Shown here: positions 27,711 to 33,519 of the stretch, in pieces | How positions within the stretch are numbered: position 1 is the first letter of the stretch | Layout of the letters: every line of letters begins with the position of its first letter | Source of the DNA: an uncultured Candidatus Saccharibacteria bacterium | GTDB lineage: Bacteria; Patescibacteriota; Saccharimonadia; Saccharimonadales; Saccharimonadaceae | Direction: 5' to 3' | Length of the DNA stretch: 33,519 bases | Assembly (NCBI GenBank): GCA_963514865.1 | Contig: CAUPVL010000001.1 | Coordinates: forward strand, 1-33,519 | Notes under the pieces: model-generated | The model's database searches: none | The model's input: only the letters and a program-made list of their open reading frames with translations | Told to the model about the DNA's origin: nothing | Translations under genes and position numbers: made by a program

Positions 27711-28096
27711 CACATTCTGGAGTACCACACGTGTGCATGCTAGCTGCATGTAGCGTGCTACATGCCAGAATGTGCCACTAGCATATTCGGTAGCATGCTA
27801 GCGATAGCTTTAAAGACTTCTACTAATCAAACTATTATTGACGTCACACAGCACCCATAAGCCCTCTTACCTCCTTAGCCCCTTCCCCCTAAAGGGGAAA
27901 GGGGGCTAAGAGGAGGTAAGGGCTTTTATGGGTGCTGATGGTGACAGGGAAGTAAAATCACACAACATCCACTCATCCCCCGGATGAGGTGGATGATCTG
28001 TGTGAGTTTAGTGTGTGTGTGGGCTCCCCCTCGGAGGGGAGGTGTGTGGTCCGCCCTGTAGGGGCTCCCCACACACCCCTCCGGGGGTACCCACAC
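27711..28096. repeat. Array of four long imperfect inverted repeats (candidate origin or structured RNA)
   Basis: Stems at 27711-27774, 27843-27945, 27958-28005 and 28017-28096; AT-rich patch at about 27809-27841. Confidence 0.85.
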
Positions 28097-28191
28097 GGTG
28101 TAGGGTAAGGCAGTGGACGTTAGTGCACTTAGACGTTATGACGAATATACAGCGGTGTGGTATGGCTAAAAACTCGGTACTGTCTGGGGAT

Positions 28192-28220
28192 TTGCTTTCT
28201 GGATGTGGGTGGTGCATAAT
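28192..28220 (+). promoter_or_regulatory. Rightward promoter
   Basis: TTGCTT, 17-nt spacer, CATAAT; AGAAAGG RBS before ATG 28262. Confidence 0.7.
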
Positions 28221-28261
28221 GGTGCATGTTGGTACAACAACCCAGATAGAAAGGCAGAATC

Positions 28262-28648
28262 ATGCTACGTACCCTCAACCGGACCGTTCAATCCTCCTTC
28301 CGCACCTTCCGCAAAGAGGTGGAATATACCATCAATCTGGCAGACAAAGTCTTTGCTCAGCTGGAGCATGCCTCCCATGGACGTGAAGCTAAAGCTTCCC
28401 TGGGATTGATCGTGGGGCATGTGAAGAGTTGGGTTATTGATCTGGAGCCCATCGCAGATCAGGATCCTGTTATTCAGCAGATGGTCTGGCAGATGAAGAA
28501 TGCCATCGGTCAGTTGCAGGATGCCCAGCGCTGTGTGGAGCCTTACGCATTCCAGGTGAGCCCAGCAGATGTGCGGTATGCTCAATTCAAGGTAAAGGAT
28601 GTAAAACGAATTCTCCAGGGAATTGAACGGCAACTGGTACGTAAGTAA
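28262..28648 (+). CDS. Hypothetical alpha-helical protein
   Basis: Promoter, RBS and downstream hairpin define a transcription unit. Confidence 0.8.
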   Translation: MLRTLNRTVQSSFRTFRKEVEYTINLADKVFAQLEHASHGREAKASLGLIVGHVKSWVIDLEPIADQDPVIQQMVWQMKNAIGQLQDAQRCVEPYAFQVSPADVRYAQFKVKDVKRILQGIERQLVRK

Positions 28649-28661
28649 TATACGGATGATG

Positions 28662-28698
28662 ATGCCCCACATGTGCTAGTAGTGCGTATGTGGGGCAT
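28662..28698 (+). terminator. Stem-loop, possible terminator lacking a U tract
   Basis: Perfect 11-bp stem ATGCCCCACAT/ATGTGGGGCAT just after the stop at 28648. Confidence 0.55.
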
Positions 28699-28721
28699 TC
28701 ACAGGAAGGATTTATGATACA

Positions 28722-29186
28722 ATGAGCTCAAGCAGTGAAAGTAGCAATCCCCGGGAGCTATGCACACTACAGTGTAGGGTGGTTGTACGTATGCTAGGGG
28801 GCTCCCCACAGTGGAGCAGCTGCACCGCATGGCATGTGGAGGAGTATTGCGTGGTGGGGGAGAATGTAAACCCCATCGGATTTAAATCCTCCAAGCCAAT
28901 GAGCCGCCATACCCTTCTACGCCCTACCAGGTGGTCGGGTATTGATGTGAGGAATAACGCAGAGCAGCTACTGCTACCCCACTTGCAGCATACGCTCACC
29001 ACGGGAGATGAGCGGTTAGTAGTGCTGGAGGTAGTCGTAAGCAAGCGCATTGTGCGCATTATGGACCAGCGCACGTTGCAATACATCTATCCGGTGCGCA
29101 TGGGCACAGTGGCACCCCCACAGCAGGGCTATGCTGTGGCCCTACAGCGTGGTGCAGATGGCTATGTGCACCCCACGCTAGCCTAG
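28722..29186 (+). CDS. Hypothetical protein
   Basis: 154-aa ORF with AGGAAGGA upstream; same orientation as its neighbours. Confidence 0.6.
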   Translation: MSSSSESSNPRELCTLQCRVVVRMLGGSPQWSSCTAWHVEEYCVVGENVNPIGFKSSKPMSRHTLLRPTRWSGIDVRNNAEQLLLPHLQHTLTTGDERLVVLEVVVSKRIVRIMDQRTLQYIYPVRMGTVAPPQQGYAVALQRGADGYVHPTLA

Positions 29187-29243
29187 CTACAGCCACTAGC
29201 ACCACACCAGGTGTGTGGTGCAGCCTATGGTAGGGGTGCATAT

Positions 29244-29272
29244 TTGCCATGCAGGGGGGTGTGTGGTAAAAT
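29244..29272 (+). promoter_or_regulatory. Promoter for the packaging operon, probably giving a leaderless mRNA
   Basis: TTGCCA, 17-nt spacer, TAAAAT with extended TGn; in-frame ATG begins 7 nt downstream at 29280. Confidence 0.7.
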
Positions 29273-29279
29273 GGTGGGT

Positions 29280-29930
29280 ATGTCCCCCACCAGTAGGAGC
29301 GCTAGAGCGCAGAATGTGTCCCCGGGTCCTGTATCATCCTCCCCGGGTGATGCCGACCGTTCTGATGGACGGTGTTCTGCCTTGTCGTCCTCGGGACGGA
29401 GGTGTCGGCGTAAGGCTCGTCCTGGCTTGACTGTCTGCGAGCTCCACGGTGGCGGGACGTCCGCTAGCATCCGTAGGAGCAGACAGGCTCGGGCCATAGA
29501 CGAGTCTACCGCTATCTGGGACATTCCTACGGATGCTAGCCCTGTTCTTGTGGGGGAGGAGCTTAGTAAGCTCATCAACGCTAAGATGAGTGATGTGAGA
29601 GCTCTACGCATCCGTCTGGGGGAGGGTGCCACTACCCATCTAGGCATGGTACAGCGTAGCATTACGGAGGTACAAGGCACTCCTACCGATGGTGGCCAGA
29701 CCACCACACATAGTAGCCGTATAGACCTAGTAGCAGAGCTTCACCGCTGTGAGCGGGAGTTGGTGCAGATGCTACGCCTAGCACATGAGGTCAATCCCTC
29801 TGGTACCAGTAGCAGCGATGTTGAGCGCATAAGATTGCAGACAGCTAGGGAGACGGCTCGTCTAATGAAGGCATATCCTGGCCTTGGCGTTGATGAGGCT
29901 GCTAAGGAGGTGGCTCGCCGTGCTCAATAG
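29280..29930 (+). CDS. Putative terminase small subunit (HGG-type Cys/His motif)
   Basis: RCSA..SSGRRC...VCELHGG motif; directly upstream of the large terminase gene. Confidence 0.7.
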   Translation: MSPTSRSARAQNVSPGPVSSSPGDADRSDGRCSALSSSGRRCRRKARPGLTVCELHGGGTSASIRRSRQARAIDESTAIWDIPTDASPVLVGEELSKLINAKMSDVRALRIRLGEGATTHLGMVQRSITEVQGTPTDGGQTTTHSSRIDLVAELHRCERELVQMLRLAHEVNPSGTSSSDVERIRLQTARETARLMKAYPGLGVDEAAKEVARRAQ

Positions 29931-31269
29931 GGGAGGAGGGGATTACACATATGCCCAGATCACGGAGAGTTTTGAGGTATACCGCACCTCGTGTGGTCTT
30001 AGGGAATCCGACCTCACCACAGCGCTAGACCGTGTGGTGAGTGTTGAATCTCTATACAGTCCAACGGACTGTGTGGTCGTTAGCACGCCTCCTCAAGAGG
30101 GAAAGACTACCTACCTGATCTATTACATAGCATGGTTACTGATCCGTGATCCACAGATGAGTGTGGTCTATGCATCCTACAATCAGGAGAGGGCGAATTC
30201 GGTCAGTCGGCAGATTCGTATGCTGGTAGAGCAGTGGACTCCTTTGCAGTATGGATCGGCGTCGGTGCGTCGGTGGCAGACTGACCGTGGTGGGGGATTA
30301 CTAGCAACGGGTCGTAGCAGTGCGGTGACTGGATTCAGCTGTGACCTACTCGTGGTTGATGACCCTATCAAGGACATGCAAGAGGCTCAATCCTCGCTCA
30401 TTCGTTCTACCATAGTAGAGCACTTTGATAGCGTACTGCTGACTCGTATGTCGGCTCTGAGCCACATAATCATCGTAGCTACCAGGTGGCATAAGGATGA
30501 TCTAATAGCCCATGCCATAAAGACTCTTGACGCTCGCTATGTCAACATCCCAGCTCAGGCTGTGGATGCTGATGACGTGCTAGGTAGGGAGCCTGGAGAG
30601 TGGTTGGAGTCGGTACAGAATCGTAGTGTAGAAGGATGGGAGCGCATCCGTAGTGCTGTAGGTGCGTATGTGTGGTCTGCACTATACCAAGGCACTCCAG
30701 TGGCTGTGGGGTCTAGCTACATTGATGTAGACCAGATAGATGTGATCCCATGGAACAGTGTGGTCTACCAAGACTCACATGGGTTCCTCTCTACTCTAGA
30801 TAAGGCCTTGGTCATTCAATCGTGGGATCTGGCATTCAGCAATCGTGGAGACTATGTAGCAGGTCAGGTATGGGCATTGATAGGCACTAGCTGGATTATG
30901 CTAGACCGTGTACACGAGCGGTTGACCTTCACACAGACTGTCAGCCGCGTCCAGCAGATGGCTGCTAGGTGGCCACAGACTAGCCGCATCTATGTAGAGC
31001 AGGCTGCTAATGGATCTGCTCTGATAGACACTCTTAGACAGCACGCTACCATCACTCCGGTGGTGCCTAGAGGGAGCAAGGAGTCTAGGGCTCTGGCTGT
31101 GCAGCCCTTGATCGATAGCGGACTAGTGAAGGTGGTAGACGCTGCTTGGGACCCAGAGCTCTTCCAGGAGTGGAAGGACTTCCCCTATGCTCAGCATGAT
31201 GACCAGGTTGACGCTCTCACTCAAGCCCTTAGCCAGACCCGTACCGACTATTATACTCTAGGAGAGTAG
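29920..31269 (+). CDS. terL: Terminase large subunit
   Basis: PPQEGKT, LLVVDDPIK, ATRWHKDDL, SWDLA and HDDQVDA motifs; GTG 29920 after AAGGAGG. Confidence 0.95.
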   Translation: MLNRGGGDYTYAQITESFEVYRTSCGLRESDLTTALDRVVSVESLYSPTDCVVVSTPPQEGKTTYLIYYIAWLLIRDPQMSVVYASYNQERANSVSRQIRMLVEQWTPLQYGSASVRRWQTDRGGGLLATGRSSAVTGFSCDLLVVDDPIKDMQEAQSSLIRSTIVEHFDSVLLTRMSALSHIIIVATRWHKDDLIAHAIKTLDARYVNIPAQAVDADDVLGREPGEWLESVQNRSVEGWERIRSAVGAYVWSALYQGTPVAVGSSYIDVDQIDVIPWNSVVYQDSHGFLSTLDKALVIQSWDLAFSNRGDYVAGQVWALIGTSWIMLDRVHERLTFTQTVSRVQQMAARWPQTSRIYVEQAANGSALIDTLRQHATITPVVPRGSKESRALAVQPLIDSGLVKVVDAAWDPELFQEWKDFPYAQHDDQVDALTQALSQTRTDYYTLGE

Positions 31270-31273
31270 CCTC

Positions 31274-32473
31274 ATGACAGATCTTAAATCGTACTTGCTG
31301 GAGCATCACACACCCACATATATGGCTTACTACCGAGGACGTATGAGCTACCGCTTTCACGGTGATGCATGGCGAAGTTACGTTCAGCAGCACTATCAAG
31401 ACCTAGCAGCTGGATTCACCAGTGAGAATATCTTCAAAGATGTGATTGATGCATATGCTGAGAACCTAGTACCTGTGGTGCCTGCACTCTCCTCGTTTAG
31501 GGATGCAGCTATCCCGCTGCTTATCCGTGGGGAGGCCTTAGCCATATTAACTAGCGATGGCTCCCTTACCTTCCCTGAGAGATTTGAGGTCGTCTCTGAT
31601 GGAAATTACCACATGGCTATGATAATGACTCGGTCTCTACGTGAGGGGGAGGATTATCTTACGTTCATCGATAGTGATGGTAATGCTGAGCTGTACTCTA
31701 TGCCCACTCCAGATGACTTATCTACCTCCAGGGAGGGATATACTCTAGTAGAACAGACTACAGGGCATCAGCTCTACCGATTCGCCATGGATACCCTTGG
31801 TATGGGGGATAGCTTAGCTAGCCTGCAAGATCGCATCAACCACAGCATTATTGACCAGACAGTAGTGGCAGAGATGTACGCTCGTCCCTTCTGGTATCTG
31901 CTGAATTATCAGTCCACACCACAGAATCCGTACCTAGCTCCGGAGCTGCAACCTCCGCATCAGCCGTTGGTGGAGCAGGCTACCCGGTCCGGGGGTGGAC
32001 GGGTATTTGCTACCAGCGCATCAGGGCCATTTGGTCAACTAGAGCCCCCCACTATTGGTGATATGGTCAGCTACCACGATAGCCTCATCCGTAAAGTCAC
32101 TCAGACTTCAGGGATTCCGGAATTCTACTTCAATCCGTCAGGTGGCTCTACGGTGAGTGGACGGGCTTTGATGATCCTCAGCAAGCGATTTAATAACCGC
32201 ATCTCACGGATCCGGGAATCTATTGAGCCAGAGTTGCTCCGGATGCTAAGGGATATGGGAGTCTACACCAGCGATGCTGACGCCCCACACCTGTGGTCGG
32301 TAGATACTGATGTCACCCAGGGAGCGATTGATGAGCATGGCTTGGCACTCACTCAGATGGGCTTCCCTAAGCGGTATGTGGCTGAGGTAGTGGCGCCGGG
32401 AGTCAACTTGGATGATTATGCTGATGATGGCTATCCCGGTGGACCCAGCGTGGTCAGCTCGGGGGGAGCCTAG
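31274..32473 (+). CDS. Portal protein
   Basis: 399 aa after the terminase; YYRG, SGIPEFYF and VSGRAL motifs (SPP1 gp6-like). Confidence 0.85.
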   Translation: MTDLKSYLLEHHTPTYMAYYRGRMSYRFHGDAWRSYVQQHYQDLAAGFTSENIFKDVIDAYAENLVPVVPALSSFRDAAIPLLIRGEALAILTSDGSLTFPERFEVVSDGNYHMAMIMTRSLREGEDYLTFIDSDGNAELYSMPTPDDLSTSREGYTLVEQTTGHQLYRFAMDTLGMGDSLASLQDRINHSIIDQTVVAEMYARPFWYLLNYQSTPQNPYLAPELQPPHQPLVEQATRSGGGRVFATSASGPFGQLEPPTIGDMVSYHDSLIRKVTQTSGIPEFYFNPSGGSTVSGRALMILSKRFNNRISRIRESIEPELLRMLRDMGVYTSDADAPHLWSVDTDVTQGAIDEHGLALTQMGFPKRYVAEVVAPGVNLDDYADDGYPGGPSVVSSGGA

Positions 32474-32475
32474 CC

Positions 32476-33519
32476 ATGGCTACGGTGCCTACGGGACGTA
32501 TGGAAGCCGCTCTAGAGGCGTACTATCATCGGTGGGTGATGGGGCTTACTTCTGTGTCTCAGAGTGACCTCCCTGCCTATGTGAGGGAGTTCCAGCGTGG
32601 TAGTGAGCTCATCATCCGTCAGCATGGTGGGGAGGTAGTACGCCTAGGCACACTAGCAGGCTTCCCTCCACCGCGGGAGGTACCACTCAGCCTACATGCA
32701 GACCACATCTACAATGCCATGGAGCTAGCTGCTATCCGTGCGGGGATTGGTCAGGGCTTGAATGCTCGATCAATCGCTAAGCATATGTTTGATGCTGGTA
32801 TGGATGCCGAGTTCTACAAGTTAGAACGTCTTGCCCGTACGGAGGTAGTATCCGCATATTGGGCTCATCAGTGGGACCAAGCATCCGGTCTGGACCTGGT
32901 GATGGTGTGGTCAGCAGAGTCTGGCAAGCGTACGTGTCCATGGTGCCTAGCTAAGGATGGTGTGGTCGTAAAAGACAAGTCCATTAGGGATCATCCTAAC
33001 GGTCGTTGCACCCTACGCCCCACTTTGCCCTCCGATGTCCCTGTTCGTAGCACAGCGGGGCATAATCCACGGTTTACTAGGGACCATAAGCCCGGAGGAT
33101 ATGCTCTTCCTACAGACAAGGCTTTGAATCAAGCCCTACGCGGTGGGCTGGACCGTGCATTGGTGCAATCCCGTGCTGTGGCTGGAGCGGTAGGGGGGAT
33201 GGTCTCCCAGGGCTGGACTAGTGGCGAGGCTGCTAAGTATCTACGCACATTCCCGGGGATGGGGTCCCCAATCTCCAGGGAGGATTATTCTTTGCTTCTC
33301 CGTGCTCTGGAGTCTTACGCTCAAGACCTATATGATGGCCTAAGTCCTGATGACGTCCCTGATGAGCTCTACCATGGAGGTGACCCTAGCCCTATAGGCA
33401 TCAGCAGCTGGACTACTAATCCTACTACAGCGGGGCTATATGCTATGCGTAATGGCGGTAGGGTGTGGCGTGCTACCACACCAGTGGGGTTGCATGCATA
33501 CCCACTACGGGGGGCCAAT
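32476..33519 (+). CDS. MuF / SPP1 gp7-like minor head protein with C-terminal ADP-ribosyltransferase-like domain (about 394 aa; ends at 196 across the junction)
   Basis: Hand translation shows LERLARTE, RTCPWC and HPNGRC, then LYHG, SSWTTN, AGLYA and QQEYVV; no stop before the window end. Confidence 0.85.
   Translation, partial: MATVPTGRMEAALEAYYHRWVMGLTSVSQSDLPAYVREFQRGSELIIRQHGGEVVRLGTLAGFPPPREVPLSLHADHIYNAMELAAIRAGIGQGLNARSIAKHMFDAGMDAEFYKLERLARTEVVSAYWAHQWDQASGLDLVMVWSAESGKRTCPWCLAKDGVVVKDKSIRDHPNGRCTLRPTLPSDVPVRSTAGHNPRFTRDHKPGGYALPTDKALNQALRGGLDRALVQSRAVAGAVGGMVSQGWTSGEAAKYLRTFPGMGSPISREDYSLLLRALESYAQDLYDGLSPDDVPDELYHGGDPSPIGISSWTTNPTTAGLYAMRNGGRVWRATTPVGLHAYPLRGAN
33465..33519. repeat. 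Terminal direct repeat (copy 2)
   Basis: Identical to bases 1-55. Confidence 0.97.

Noticed and set aside
27843..28096. tRNA or CRISPR array in the hairpin region
   Set aside because: No cloverleaf or TTC-loop signature, and the hairpins differ in sequence, so there are no direct repeats.
28008..28409. ORFs 28008-28217, 28015-28386 and 28203-28409
   Set aside because: They overlap hairpin H4, the rightward promoter or the well-supported 28262 gene and lack clear RBSs.
28714..28725. Mini-ORF ATG-ATA-CAA-TGA overlapping the start at 28722
   Set aside because: Only 3 nt separate it from the SD-like sequence; it could be chance and cannot be supported from sequence alone.
33465..33519. 55-bp terminal repeat as a biological terminal repeat, cos or att site
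   Set aside because: It lies inside a coding sequence and its length matches a common assembler k-mer, so an assembly overlap is the simpler explanation.
1..33519. TAG stop-codon reassignment suggested by frequent TAG/CTAG
   Set aside because: Genes are full length under the standard code, coding density is high, several genes end at TAG next to the following start, and I saw no suppressor tRNA.

Overview
The window is an apparently complete, circularly closed siphovirus-type phage genome of about 33,464 unique bp. Bases 33465-33519 repeat bases 1-55 exactly, and one ORF reads through the junction. The host is probably in Actinomycetota (inferred from AGAAAGGA ribosome-binding sites and an amidase endolysin with a GWPQ-type C-terminal motif). 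I saw no integrase or repressor, so it is probably lytic. The + strand arm runs from 28262 through the junction to 14432: terminase, portal, MuF-like minor head protein, scaffold, capsid, neck, tail, endolysin and holin. The - strand arm runs from 27618 to 14447: a cytosine-modification cassette (T4 gp42-like dCMP hydroxymethylase, glycosyltransferase, dNMP kinase, all-alpha dNTP pyrophosphatase, two paralogous unknown proteins), then SF2 helicase, family A DNA polymerase, Cas4-like nuclease, AAA ATPase, SSB-like protein, VRR-NUC and a RepB-primase/helicase fusion. Most notable: (1) a probable glycosylated modified-cytosine DNA pathway with duplicated unknown partner genes; (2) a MuF head protein with an ADP-ribosyltransferase-like C-terminus, missed by the ORF track because it crosses the junction; (3) four long tandem hairpins between the divergent arms; (4) a C6G slippery site with a perfect stem-loop in the tail chaperone genes. 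All product calls come from motif recognition and synteny by eye; no database searches were run.
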